From contig JAHRHZ010000002.1 in assembly GCA_024137785.1 (NCBI GenBank), positions 19,302,685 through 19,366,684 of the forward strand: a DNA stretch of 64,000 nucleotides, written 5' to 3'. The notes under the pieces are model-generated. The model did no database searches and was not told the DNA's origin. It saw only the letters and a list, made by a program, of their open reading frames with translations. The position numbers were made by a program, and so were the translations under genes. The DNA is from Ginglymostoma cirratum. Lineage: Eukaryota. Shown in pieces: positions 14,601-26,769 of the stretch; within the stretch, counting starts at the first letter, position 1, and every line of letters starts with the position of its first letter.

Positions 14601-17600
14601 GGAAATTGGTCTATGTGGTATACTATTTGGCAGGCCGGTGCAGACTCGATAGGTCAAAGGGGCTCTATCTGTACTGTAGAAATTCAATGAATCTAGCCTG
14701 TCATTGTTTATTATCATGCAAGGCGGTAGGAGTACAAGTGTGAGATAACCTCTAATGCAAAATACTTAAAACTAGAAGGCAATAATGAAACTCACCGACT
14801 TTGAAGTTGAGCATTTAAATACACTTTCAATATTCTACAATTTGAGCAATGACGCTTTTAATTTACGAATACTTTACGAATACTTTACGAACATGGCGCG
14901 AAAGTGAGGAATGAATGGATGGTGTAGTAATAATTTTTTGCATTTTTGTCTTTCTGATACAAGGATAAGTATGATAATTTCCTAATTTCTTGACATTTAC
15001 TATTCCTTTATAGGGCTCTCCCCCTCGCTTTCCTTTCAAAAGTCTACTCTCGTCAACAAATAAATTGGCTAATTACGCCAACAGTTCAGAGAAAATTTGC
15101 AAGTATGGTACCAAAAATATGCAGGTATACACATCAACACAAGCTGGATATCTTCTCTCTTGAGAAAAGAAGGTTGAAGCATAACCTAATTGGATTCTAT
15201 AAAATTATGAAAGCTTTGTTACAATAGATACAAGGGAGATTTTCCTCTAATGGGCAAAAGCTTAGATAGAAGCCACCAATACAAGCTCACTATCAAGCAT
15301 TTCAATGGGAAATCAAGAAGAAACTTCTTCCCATAAACTATGACAAGAACGTGAAACTCATTACTACAGTATGAAGAGAATAACAGAGTCGTAATTAAAA
15401 GTTAACTGGAAATTCACATAAGGACATACAAAAAGTTTACTAGATTTATTAGTTGAGACGATAATAGGGAGAGGTCCAAGAAGAGCGTAAACACTGTGTA
15501 GTAACTCATTCTATGTTATTTTGTACTTGAGTTCAGTAATTACCTGGAGGCCTGCTACGGTGCAGTGTGGAAATTATTTTGACTAAGATTATAACGACCA
15601 GCACCACCACCACCACTGAAAATATCAGGAGATTGGTGTTCCACTGAATTGGAGATGGTGTTTCTTCAGAATCAATATGAGCTGCGAATAGAGGGGAGAA
15701 AAACTATTTGTTTCGTTATGTCTTTGCATTTCTCTTCGCGCTTTTGGTAATGGCTATATTGGTTTCATGCTTAACTTAAAAGCTGCAAATGAGTAGCAAT
15801 GTTGCAGTATGGTGCAGCAGGGCACCTAGTTGGTGAGCAGTAAAGCAAAAAAAAAACTATGTATCTTTTTATAACCCTCCTCTGTGCTTTTCATTGCTGT
15901 TATTCTTAGTCGTATGTTTGAATTAAGGTAAACAAGAGCGTTACAAAGATCATTTGTACAAAATAAGCACAAATAAGATCAGCAGACAAAGCCACAATAA
16001 AGAGTCAGTTGAATGACTGCAAGCCTGTAGATTCCAGCAGAGGTGGTTTAGTGGACGTTGGGGTAGAAGGTGGAGGAGGGGCAGGTGTAGATTGTAGCTA
16101 TTGGGGGAGGTGAAATGTTGTACACTGTTCTGTGTATCTCTTCCTTTTTCTTACTTGTGACCTATTTCAGAACAAAATGTTCATCATATAAATTGCTTAC
16201 TTTCCATTAATTTGAACTTCTTAGGAAAGCTATATGGATTCAAAATGGACTCAAAAATGCTGCTAATCTGAATCTAATATACAATAATTCATCGTAAATT
16301 AAATATCAGTAACTATGTATCACCCATACTCCACTCGATTAAATGATCAATTAGACTCAGACAATTTTGCAACTAATTTACCCATTCCAGTTTAGGTAAT
16401 CTTTATGCTACTTTGTGAAGATGATAGAGATAGCTGACTGTATTGAAGCTATCTTAAGTTGCAAAACATGTAGAACAAACGAGCCAGTTATTATTCAATT
16501 GTGATTATAACAACCAGCACCAGGGCCACCACTGAAAATACAAGCAGATTTGGAGTTGGCATTTCTCCAGAATCAATATGAGCTGCAAATACGGGGGAGA
16601 AAAACCATCCATTTCATTATGTCTTTCCTTTTCTCTTTGTGTTTTTGGTAGTGGCTATATTGGGTTCACACTTAATTTAAAAGCTGCAAATGAGTAACGA
16701 AGTTGCAGTACAACACCACAGAGCACCTGGATGGTGAATGGATGAAATGAAAAAATCTAATTATTTTTTCATCATCCTCTTCTGTGATTCTCATTGCTGC
16801 TATCTCCATTTATCTCCAGCGCTATGTGTTTCAGTCTAATTTGTAATAACATGCTTCAATTATTTATTGATTGATTCTCAGTAATGAGTTTGAATCTAAT
16901 CAAACTAATTCCTTCAAGTTATGAGTCGCACATCTACCGTGAACAATTCCATTACTCGTGAGATTCATGCACTCATCGCATTAGTTTGATTGCACATTGA
17001 TCACAAAGAAACAACCCTCTAGAGAGCGTCGATGGATCAGTTCAAAGATTTGATGTTTTGCAAAACTCAATCTAAGTTTTCGTGACATAAAAAAATACTC
17101 ATAGAAAAAGATAGTTCCATAAATTTCGCACACTCTGTGGTCGAAGAACGCAGCACATCAGTGCAAAGGACAAAGCTGTTGCATTGTCAATCATCTGCAG
17201 CCAGGTGACATTCAATTTTCCTTCTTGACTGTTTCCAGAACACTGTATCATTGCGGATTCAAGTGCTAAACCAATTCAATTCACCGCACGTCATGCAATC
17301 AGGAACTAAATGCACTGAATACGGCCACAAAAGACCCAAATCTGTTAACCAGTTCTGTCTTTAGCTATTTAGTTCAGCTACATCATTGATATATAATTAA
17401 TAAACTTAACATGACTCTTTCATGAGAAAAGCAAAACTCAATCCAGCCAATTACTGGACACCAGACTTGTCCCAAATATCAAATAAGTAATGGGGGTTTC
17501 CTCACCAGTGGTATACAATGACAAGTGATCCATAATACCCAACGACATTTTTGCTTTCTGTCAGGGCTAAACTTTTATTGACCTGTTAACACTTTGCTCT

Positions 17601-20600
17601 CAAATTGACAGTGCTAAACACCAGTGGGAAGGCAAGACATGCTGCTTTGTGATGAAATACTCTACACTTGTCCCAGTGACATGCAAGCAATTCAAACTCT
17701 TCAGAATTAAAATAGCTTTATTTTTGGTATCCCTTCCGAGTGCCTTCAATATTCAGTAGCAGCAATGTATAAGTTGCACTGCAAGGACTCATTATGTTTT
17801 CTTTGACTACATCTCTCAAATTTACGATTTCTATTAACTGGGAGAACAGGGCCAGCGGATGTGTGAGATCAACACAAGCTTTGTGTTGGCCTTCAGATCA
17901 TCACCATTCTGATAAAGCCGAAATAAGGGTAAGATGGAGAGCTGAAATAAAAACAGAAAGTGCTAGGCAAAATCAGGCTTCTCACAGAAGCACCAGAGAG
18001 TAAAACAAAGTTAACATTTGAAGTTCAATATACCTTTTCTTTGGATCTCTTTCTGACATGGCAAAGCTTTTCCCTTTTTTTCATCGCCGCTGGTCAAAAT
18101 TCTGAGCCTTTCTCCTTTCCAGAACTTACATGAACTGAAACCGCACCACATTCTGGCACTCCTATCATGTTCTAATGGTTTCGTAGAGGCACCTAGTCAT
18201 ATTAACATACCTACACGTGAATTATCAACAGCAGTATACCACTTTTCTTCTCAAGGTTACTCTGCCACTAAGTAATATCATATTTGATTTTATTACTTTG
18301 ACCATTCATCTGCTTGCCTATTAAAAATCTTTCTGAGTTTCATTTAAAGTACTCAAAAACATTTCTTTGGAAGTCTTCCAACATGTTTTGAGGAAAGAAG
18401 ATCCAAAGACTCTGGCACTCTGAGAATTAAAACAATCTTACCTCTGCTATTAAAATTTCTACCACCTCAATGGGAGTAAATTTCTACTAGTTGATATACA
18501 ACAACTGAAGTTGTTGTAGTTATTTCTTTTTTCTATACATCATCTCAATTTTTATCTTTAATTAATGCATGTATGATTCTCCTACCCAACGACATTTCCA
18601 TTCACAATTCCATTTAAGCATTCCCATTGGAGATCATTGAGTGTAAAGACAGAAAAGTAAGAAATGTTTTTAACCAAGGAATTGTCAGTGTTTCAGCCCC
18701 AATTTTACTCACCGTTGGCATAAAATGGACAGTGACCTAAGGCGGCTTTGGGAAACTCATTTTCCACCTTGATTTCAAACACAACTGGCTTGTTTAAAAG
18801 ATCTCTGTAGAATGTATTCTTGAGGTTCATTCTAATTGGTGATCAATATCCAATGGTTTTGCCAGAAATAATCATCTTTTCACTTACAAGACGCCTGAGA
18901 TATTCAGTTTCACCTTCAGGAATGCGTTGGATGTAATCTTAAATCCAGAAGGCAAACTGAACCCTTCACAATGTCACTGATCTAACTGCTTCTGTAATTA
19001 CCAACACTACATCTGTCTATTTCATTGACCGGGTCACGATTACAATTGTTCTCTATCCTAAAAGGATCAGGCTTGATTGGAAAATTTAACATAGCTGAAC
19101 AGTCACATGAATAATTTCAGAAGATATGTTGACTTTTCGCTCCAACAGAATTCAGGGAGATGAGGCAGATGAAATTTAACTCAGAGAACGGTGGACTGAT
19201 ACACTTCGATAGGGAGAATAAGGCATTCTAAGATAGAGGTGGTGCAGAAATACAATGACCTGGAGGTACATGTGCGGATATTGTTGAAGTTGGTATGGGA
19301 GATTTAGAAAGTGGTTTAAAAGACACTGGAAGTATGAGTCCTATAAAGATAGGCATGGCATACAGAAACATGCATAGTATGGGGGATATTTCTAAAACTC
19401 TATTTCAGGCTCACTTGCATTGTTACGCCAAATTCTGGGCAGTACAATATTAAAAAGATATGATGACTCAATAGAGGGTACAGCAAAATTTATAGAAATG
19501 TCTCCAGATTCAAGAGGCTTCAGTTACCTGGATAGATTTCAGAAGATAGGCTTATTCTTTTTCGGAGAGGGAAAACTTTGACAGCTGATTAGATGGAAGC
19601 TGCCAAAATTACTAGGCGTTTAGAGGAGTAGATAGATAAAGTATTCCCACCTACTGTTGGGCTGGAACTTGTGGAAACAAATTGAATGTGAGCACAAATG
19701 ACCACCAGGAAAGAAGCGCAGAAAAATGAACACTGGTGAGGATCTGAAATGCACTACCTGAGAGTGTTATGGCAGTGGATACGATCGGGAAAACCATAGA
19801 ACTGGATAAGCAGCTGAAGCTTAAAAAAATGTATGGCTACAAGATAAAGATCAGGGAATGGGAGTTGAAGAGTTGACCTTGCAATGAGCCATCACGGGCA
19901 CAATAAGCTCTTACTGACTTGTGTTACAAGTCATTGGAAATAGTTCCTAATACTCTGAAGTGAGAGCAAAATTGGATATGGTGCAATAACAGCATTAGAT
20001 ATTGTCAGTTTATCTATTTTGCAGGAAACATCCAAGCGGGAATAAAGATGGATTTTAACTAACGTTCAAATAGAATATTGAACATAGAACTGCGCAGCAC
20101 AGGAATGGACCCTTCAGCCCACAATGTTGCAATGAACATGATGCCAAATTAAACTAATCCCTTTGACCTCCCTTGGTCCCTATCCCTCTACTTCTTGCAT
20201 ATTCATGTGCTTTTCTAAAAGGTGCTCAAGCGGCCCTATCATGTCAGCCTCCACCACCACCCTGGCAGTGCAACTTAACAATCTGGGCTGAAACCGTTTG
20301 TCAGGACTGGGGAGGGGGAGGGGAGCCCAGAAGTAAATCGAGGGAGGTGTTTGGTCTGGGCGAAGGTTAGGTGGGATGGTGATAGGTGGGCGCAGGTAGG
20401 AGGTTATTATTATTAATCAGTTTGAAGAGTGGAGCAGATAGGTGAGTAGGAAGATAGACAGGTTAGGTTAGGTCAGGGAGGCGAGAGGGCTGCACATGGG
20501 GCTGGGGATGGAGGGTTTTCAAAGCTGGTGAAGTCAATATTGAGGCTATTGAGCTGTAAGCTTCAAAGGTGAAATATCAGATGTTTTCCTCCAGTATACG

Positions 20601-23600
20601 ATTGTTCTCACTCTGACAGTGGAGTAGGCCAAGGATGGACATGTCGCCAGGTAAGTGGGAGGGGGAATTAAAATGGATGGCAACAGGAAGGTTAGGTTGG
20701 TTGGTGTGGACAGTGCACAAATGCTCCATGAACTGGTCCGCAAGTCTGCATTTGGTCTCCCTGATACAGATGAGACCACATCGGGAGCAATGGATACATT
20801 TGATCAGGTTGGATGAAGTGCAGGTGAATCTCTGCTAGATCTGGAATAATTGTTTGGGATCTTGTACGGTTAGGTGGATCAATGGGAAATGTAGGGTTTC
20901 AAGCACGGGGATAGGGTGGGGGGTTGAGTCTGGGTGAGATGTTCTTCAGACAGTCAGTGCGGACTTGATAGAGCAAACAGCCTGCTTCCACAGTGTAGGG
21001 ATTCTATGATTCGGAGATGAGAGGGGATGTGTAGGGGCAGGTGTTGCATCTTTTGCATTTGGCAGGGAAAGGTAGTGGGTGTGGTAGAGAATTTGGTGGG
21101 AGGGGGTGTAGAGCTGAGGAGAGAGTTCCGGAATGAACAGTCCCTGTGGAAAGTGACAGAGATGGGGAAGGAACTATCTTTTTGGTGGTGGGGTCTGATT
21201 GTAGGTGGCAGAAATGTCAGAAGATGATGAATTGGATTCAGAGGTTGGTGGGGTGGTACGTGAGGACTAAGGCGACTCTATCTTTATTGTTGTTGGGGAG
21301 AGGGAGTTTGAGGGTAGAAGAGCAAGAAAGGGAGGAGATATGGTTGAGGACATCCTTAATTACAGAAGATGGTAAATTCTGGGTCCTAATGTAGGATAAT
21401 ATATCTGGGATATCCTGGAGTAAAATGCTCCATCCTGGGAGCAAATGCGGCAGAGGCAGAGGAATTGTGAGTATAGGATAGCATTTTTACAGGAGGGTGG
21501 GTGAGAGATGGTGTAGTCGAGGTAGTTGGGGGAGTCAGTGGATTTGAAATGGATGTCATTGGTGAGTCAGTTTCCGGAGATGCAGACAGAGAGGTCCCGG
21601 AAAGGGATGGAGGTGTCAGAAATGATCCAGGTGAATTTGAGGGCTGTGTGCAAGGTATTGATGAAGTGGATGATCTGCTCGAGCTCTTTGTGGGAGCAGG
21701 AGGCAGCACTGAAATAGTCATCAATATAACAGAGAAAGAGGTGAAGGATGGTTCTGGTGTAGTTGTGGCAGAGGGACTGTTCCATGAATCCTACATAGAG
21801 GCAGGCATACCTCAGGCCCTTGCAGTTCATGGTTTGTAGGAATTGGGAGGAATCAAAGGAGAAATTGTTGAGAGTGAGGACCAGTTCAGCAAAGTGAATG
21901 AGAGTGCCAGTGGAGTGGGAGTAGTTAGACCTACGGGAAAGGAAGAAGTAGAGGGTTTTTAGGCCCTCCATATGGGGGAAAGGTGCTGTACGTCCATGGT
22001 GAAGATGAGGTGCTGGGGGCCGGGTAATTGAAAGTTTCGGAAAAGGTGGAGGGCTTGGATTGTGTTAAAAATGTAGGTAGGAATTTCCTGGATTAAAAGG
22101 GAAATAACAGAGTCGAGGTAGGAGATGAGCTCAGTGGGGCAGGAGCAGGCAGAGAGAATGGGTTGACCCAGGGCAGTTGGTTTTATGAATTTTGTTTAGA
22201 AGATAGAAATGGGTGGTGCAGTGTTGGAGTACTATCAGTATGGAGGCTGTAAATTGTGGATGGGAGGTCTCCTGAAGTGATGTGGCTCTTTATGGTCTGG
22301 GAGATGACGGCTTGGTGATCAGACTGGGATCATGATCAAGGGAACGATAGCAGGTGTTAGAGAGTTGGCCTCTGGCCTCAGTGATGCAGAGGTCACCGTA
22401 CTGCCACCGCATCCCCCTTATTGATAGGTTTAATAGTGAGGTTGGGGTTGGAGTGAAGGGAGCAGAGTGCTGTGTTTTCCGATGGGGAGAGGTTGGAGTA
22501 AGTGAGAGGAGTGGAGAGATCCAAGCGCTCGATATTATGACAGCAGTTTGAGATGATGAGATCGAAGGAGAGTAGGAAGGCAGGAGGGGTATTAAGGAGG
22601 ATGGAGTTTGCTGGAAGTGAGAGAAGGGGTCTTCAGAGGGTGAGTTGGATTCCCGTTCAAAGTCTCCGCAGTCTCTATGTTACTGATAACCAACATCAAC
22701 TTTGCCAACACCTTCCCCCCCACCCTAAAATTCACCTGGACCATTTCTGACACCTCCCTCCTCTTCTGGACCTCTCTGTCTGTATCCCCAGAAACTGACT
22801 CACCAATGGCATTCTGTTTCAAAAGCATTGATTCCCACAGCTACATCAATTACACCTTCTCTCACCTACTCGTTTGTAAAATTGCTATCCCATAATCTCA
22901 ATTCCTCCATCTCTGCCATATCTGCTCCCAGGATGAGGCATTTTACTCTAGGACATACCAGATATCCTCCTACATTTGGGACCTTAACTTTCCCTCCTCT
23001 TTAACTCAGGATGCCATCAACCACATCTCCTCCATTTTCTGCAGTTCTGCCCTTATACCCCCTACCTCCAACAACAATAAGGATAGAGTCCCCTTAGTCC
23101 TCACATACCACCCCACCAACCTCTGAACCCAGCGCATCATCCTCTGACATTTCTGCCACCTACAATCAGACACTATCACCAAAAAGACATTTCTCTCCCC
23201 ACCCCTGCAGGGACCATTCATTCTCATTGACTGATTGGTTGATTGATTGATTTTATTGTCACGTTTACCAAAGTACAGTGAAAAGATTTGTTTACGAACA
23301 GTATAGGCAGATCACAGCAAGCAAAGGCTGTACATATTAAAAAGACTTAGAGGCATGCAAGTTACATTACAGGTAATACTATTTGAGGCTAGAGTCCACT
23401 TAACAGTCTGATTATGGCCGAAAAGAAGTTGTTCCTGAACCTGCTTGTGCATGTGGTACTCCCTCATCAGCTTTACACCCCCTACCAACTTCTCTACCAC
23501 ACCAGGTACCTTTCCCTGCAAACACAAGAGGTCCAATACCTGCCCCTTCTCACCTCTGTCCAAGGCCCCATACAATTCTTCTAGATCCGGCAGAGATTTA

Positions 23601-26600
23601 CCTGCACTTCGTCCAAACTGACCCAGTATATCCATTGCTCCCAATGCGATCTCCTCGATATCAGGGAGACCAAACATAGACTTGGGAGCCAGTTTACAGA
23701 TTATCTGTGCTCTGCACGCACAAACCAATCCCACCTTCTGGTTGCGATCCATTTTAATTCCCCCTCCCACTCTCCTGGAAACATGTCCATCCTTGGCCTC
23801 CTTCACTGTCAGAGTGAAGCCAAATGTAAACTGGAGGAATAACGCACCGTATTTCGTTTTGGGAGCTTACAGCCCAAAGGCCTCAATATTGACTTCACCA
23901 GCTTCAAAATCCCTCCAACCCCCCCCACCCCTATCCCCTGTCCAGCCTTCCTCCACACAACCCTGACCTGATCTAACCTGCCTGTCTTCCTATTCACCTA
24001 TCCGATCCGCCCTTCCCTGTGACCAATCACAATAACCTCCTACCTGCGTCCACCGATCATCATCCCACCTACCCTTCTCCCAGCCCTAACTCCTCCATTT
24101 ATTTACTTCTGGGCTCCCCTCCCCCTCGGTCAGAATCGTTGACTTTCCTGCTCCTCCGATGCTGTCTGACCTGCTGTGCTTTTCCAGCCTCTCGTTAATT
24201 GATTCACGCTCTAAGTTCAACTGCCATACTCCTTGCCTTGAAATGAACACACTTCAGCCCATTAGTACCGTCGCGTTCATATACCTGTCTCTGCCTGTCC
24301 TTTCTTTCTGATTTACTGGTTCCACTATGTACCTTCCTCTCAATCCCTGCACTTGCTGACCTGCTGCTTTGGTTCCCAGCCCCCTGCCACTCGAGTTTAA
24401 ACCCTTCCAGGGAGCACTAGCGAACCTCCCTGCGAGGCTATTGGCTCCCCTCTGGTTTAGGTGCAACTCATCCCTCTTTTACAGATCACGACAGTTCCGG
24501 AAGAGGTCCCAATGATCCAAAGAACGTGAAACTTTCGTCCCTACACCAGTTCCTGAGGCACGCATTCATCTATCTTTCGATTTCTTGCCTCAATAGCACG
24601 TGGCGCGGGCGGTAACCCAGAGATTACTGCCCTCGAGGTCTTGCTTTTCAGCCTCTCTCCTAACTCCTACTCACTCCGCAGCTCCTCATCCCTCTTTCTA
24701 CCTATGTCGTTGGTACCGGTGTGCACCACGACCTCTGGTGCTCAACCTTCCCAGTTTCCATTTATCTACATTTTGGGGAGGTGAAGGTTGGGGGTCGGAG
24801 GGGGTGCGAAAGTGGATAGTGAAAGTGGTAAACGTACCATTTACTGTGACTCTTACGCCTTTTCCAGTCCCGCATCCACCATGGATAGCATGGACCTCGC
24901 AGTAATACGTTCCTGTATCGTTCAGTTTCATCTCGATTATTGATATCGATGCTATTTTCAATTCGCGGAAGGACGATGCATCGGTGCGCCGGACGCGGCC
25001 GATATATCCTGCGCAGTTGTTGCAAACTTCATACATCTTGTAATCTTTGTACCACATGTAGGAACCTACCAGTTTGCTTTCTGAATGGGTGGTATCCACA
25101 CTAAAATTGCAGTGTAGATTCAACGTGTCACCCTTGCTAACGTTAATCGAGACCGGAGTTTGGTTGACTGTGACTTTGGAGTCAGTGATTCCTGTAAAAA
25201 CAAAAGGACCTCAAGGATAACCACGCCGTTCTACATTGTGTGCCTTTCAATAGCAGCAGATAGCCTCAAACATAAAATATTCTTCCCTGAATAATTACGG
25301 TTATTGAAGACAGGAGCCTTTCGCCAATAATAAATAACAGATTTCACGCTGCGCCATCCTGTGCTTCGACCATTATCCGAGCCGTTTGATTTGCCGGCAG
25401 ACATTGCCCGAACTACTGACAGTATCCAGTATTTTCAAACTTTCGTTCAGATTTACACTCCATCGTGCACTTTGTTTTCTGCCTTCACTCTGCTCCATAA
25501 AGATACTGGGAAATGGGGTTCCAACTGTTTCAGAGATAGTAGGAACTGCAGATGCTGGAGAGCCTGAGATAACAAGGTGTGGAGCTGGATGAACACAGCA
25601 GGCCAAGCAGCAATCAGAGGAGCAGGAAAGCTGACGTTTCGGGCCTAGACACTTCTTCAGAAAATGTTCATCCAGTTCTACACCTTGTTATCTCAGATTC
25701 TCCAGCATCTGTAGTTCCTATTATCGCTGAAAGGTTTTTGGGTTTGGCGGCCAAATGCAATTCCACTTTTTGCTCCGGCCAACGAGTTGAAAATGTACCC
25801 GGGACAGTTAAGGGTCAAATTATCATTTAATTAAATATTCCTGCTCGAGGACAGGGGCAGTTTGAAGTGTCATCTCAATCGCAAATATAAATATAAGCAA
25901 CTAGACAGTTAACTTTTCAATCATTAAAATGGTCGGCTATTTTGCAGTTGAGACGCAATTCATTTTCAGTTACCAGAAGACAACCGCTTAATATAGGTGA
26001 AGAAGTTGATGGGGACCTAGTACTTTGTTCTCTTGAATGTCATCACTGTTTCCACTGTTCATAGAGTGATGGAGCTATCCATGAGTCTGGGAAACCATTC
26101 CAAATTCTTGGCAATAGAATGCACGCCTTTTGTAAAACTAACTTTACCCGAGGGTCACCGGGGACTTAAAAGTATTGTTAACAAGGCCCAGCTCGACTTC
26201 CACTAGGACAGAACGTGAAAGGCTTTTTGAGACCTGTTACCACATGAAGCACCCTGGGCTTGTAAAACGACGTACCTCGATGTTCCATTCACGAACTTGA
26301 ACACAAGTGACGCAGCTCTCGGAACTTTCCGATTCTGTTGTCTATTTGAAGAATATGGACAGGTTTGCTTGGAGATTTTCTTTTATCAGCGATCAATATT
26401 AGCCATATCTAATGGTATTTATATAGTGTCTTTATGTTAAGAAACCTCAAACGTGGCGTCAAAGTAGGCTCAGATTAACTGCTAAAGAATCGATCCCCTA
26501 ATTGAGTAGCTGTGTAATTTGTCTCAGTGTCGGTATATTTTATTGTGGATACAAATAAATATGTCGGCTGCATTTTGCAATACGGTATTAAGGATTTGCT

Positions 26601-26769
26601 TTATATGTGTGTTTGCATGTGCAGGTTTATACATGCCTGCAAAACAGCACACATTTTCTGTGTGCGTGTGTGGATGTGTGGGAATCTGTTCATGCATAAA
26701 AAATACCATGGGTGTGGATTACTTACTCGGGCACAACAGCAAGAGCCAAATGATTCGATTCGGCAACAT
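8407..26769 (-). CDS. NCR3-like: Gene A: NKp30/NCR3-like single-IgV inhibitory-type receptor, 283 aa; join(complement 26727-26769, 24838-25191, 15544-15681, 11174-11205, 8407-8691)
   Basis: Five exons with canonical GT-AG junctions and compatible phases (1,1,1,0) give an 852-nt open frame: signal peptide, V domain, stalk/TM, 32-nt exon, tail with TIYAKL, IVYSVL, IVYAAV. V domain aligns by eye with human NKp30 as recalled (GSxxW; EVxN...F/YxGR; YxCxV...GxGTGxG). Confidence 0.85.
9415..10090 (-). mobile_element. CR1 LINE 3' fragment
   Basis: ORF 9676-9963 QFWLLHYRKDAEALERVQKKFTRMLPGL...GDLIEVYK, typical CR1 ORF2 C-terminus. Confidence 0.9.
10460..10705 (-). mobile_element. HE1/V-SINE 3' portion
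   Basis: gggcaatttagc...aggaaaccggaccacccggagga core and (catagaat)-type tail. Confidence 0.75.
11174..11205 (-). CDS. Gene A exon 4, 32-nt cytoplasmic micro-exon (GNRTGDQVANE)
   Basis: Acceptor acttttatag, donor GAG|gtatgt; converts phase 1 to phase 0 as required to join exon 3 to exon 5. Confidence 0.75.
11610..13522 (+). mobile_element. CR1 LINE ORF2 fragment interrupted by a SINE (11727-12082)
   Basis: YMDFSKVFDKV, KFADDTK, LVRPLLEHC, RGDLIEVYKIM; (ctatga)n tail. Confidence 0.9.
11727..12082 (-). mobile_element. HE1/V-SINE full-length copy nested in CR1
   Basis: tRNA-like head, core tgcgtgggtttcctc-like segment, catagaatccctacagtg tail. Confidence 0.85.
14351..14692 (+). mobile_element. 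HE1/V-SINE
   Basis: gtggttagcactgct...ccagggacccggg...gtgtggagttt...gatgtgcaggttaagtggattg. Confidence 0.85.
14862..14891 (+). repeat. Short tandem repeat (tttacgaatac) x~2.7
   Basis: tttacgaatac tttacgaatac tttacgaa read directly. Confidence 0.85.
15544..15681 (-). CDS. Gene A exon 3, stalk + transmembrane (AHIDSEETPSPIQWNTNLLIFSVVVVVLVVIILVKIISTLHRSRPP)
   Basis: Acceptor ttttctcccctctattcgcag, donor CAG|gtaatt, 138 nt, phase 1-1, hydrophobic run of about 23 aa followed by basic residues. Confidence 0.85.
15575..16800. repeat. Local tandem duplication of about 310-330 bp (15575-15900 vs 16490-16800) covering the TM exon and its upstream intron
   Basis: Colinear similarity (gaatcaatatgagctgc; ttggtaatggctatattgg vs ttggtagtggctatattgg; aagctgcaaatgagta). 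Confidence 0.9.
16491..16582 (-). CDS. Gene A duplicated alternative TM exon 3' (AHIDSGEMPTPNLLVFSVVALVLVVIITIE-stop); possible terminal exon
   Basis: Paralog of exon 3 with intact acceptor ttttctcccccgtatttgcag, same phase, 15-nt in-frame deletion, then TAATAA. Confidence 0.55.
20290..24192. mobile_element. Penelope-like element in inverted (two-arm) configuration: minus arm ~20290-22640, plus arm ~22670-24192
   Basis: Both arms encode decayed RT (LCYIDDY; LKFTWTISDTS) and GIY-YIG regions homologous to 4262-6897, in opposite orientations. Confidence 0.85.
24240..24735 (-). mobile_element. CR1 LINE ORF1/5' fragment (esterase-like)
   Basis: HLNQRGANSLAGRFA...GLN motif typical of CR1 ORF1 SGNH esterase C-terminus. 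Confidence 0.65.
24838..25191 (-). CDS. Gene A exon 2, IgV (VJ-type) domain
   Basis: Acceptor ttttgtttttacag, donor G|gtacgt; B-strand Cys (LHC), C-strand Trp (YMWYK), DTGTYYC, J-like GTGKGVRVTV; 354 nt, phase 1-1. Confidence 0.95.
25528..25732. mobile_element. Fold-back short element made of Penelope termini, with hammerhead-like core at 25633-25660 (-)
   Basis: Terminal inverted repeats tttcagagatagtaggaac...gttcctattatcgctgaaa; CTGAAGA...cccGAAAcGTC. Confidence 0.75.
26727..26769 (-). CDS. Gene A exon 1, signal peptide MLPNRIIWLLLLCP(R)
   Basis: gggaccATG context, hydrophobic core, consensus donor A|gtaagt; phase 1 joins the V exon in frame (R-ITDSKVTVNQ). Confidence 0.8.

Noticed and set aside
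14796-14953. Extra gene A exons between the TM exon and exon 4 (donor-like gtgagt at ~14795; acceptors at ~14835 and ~14954)
   Set aside because: Both candidates hit stop codons in the required phase and are not needed for the model; without RNA data I cannot support them.
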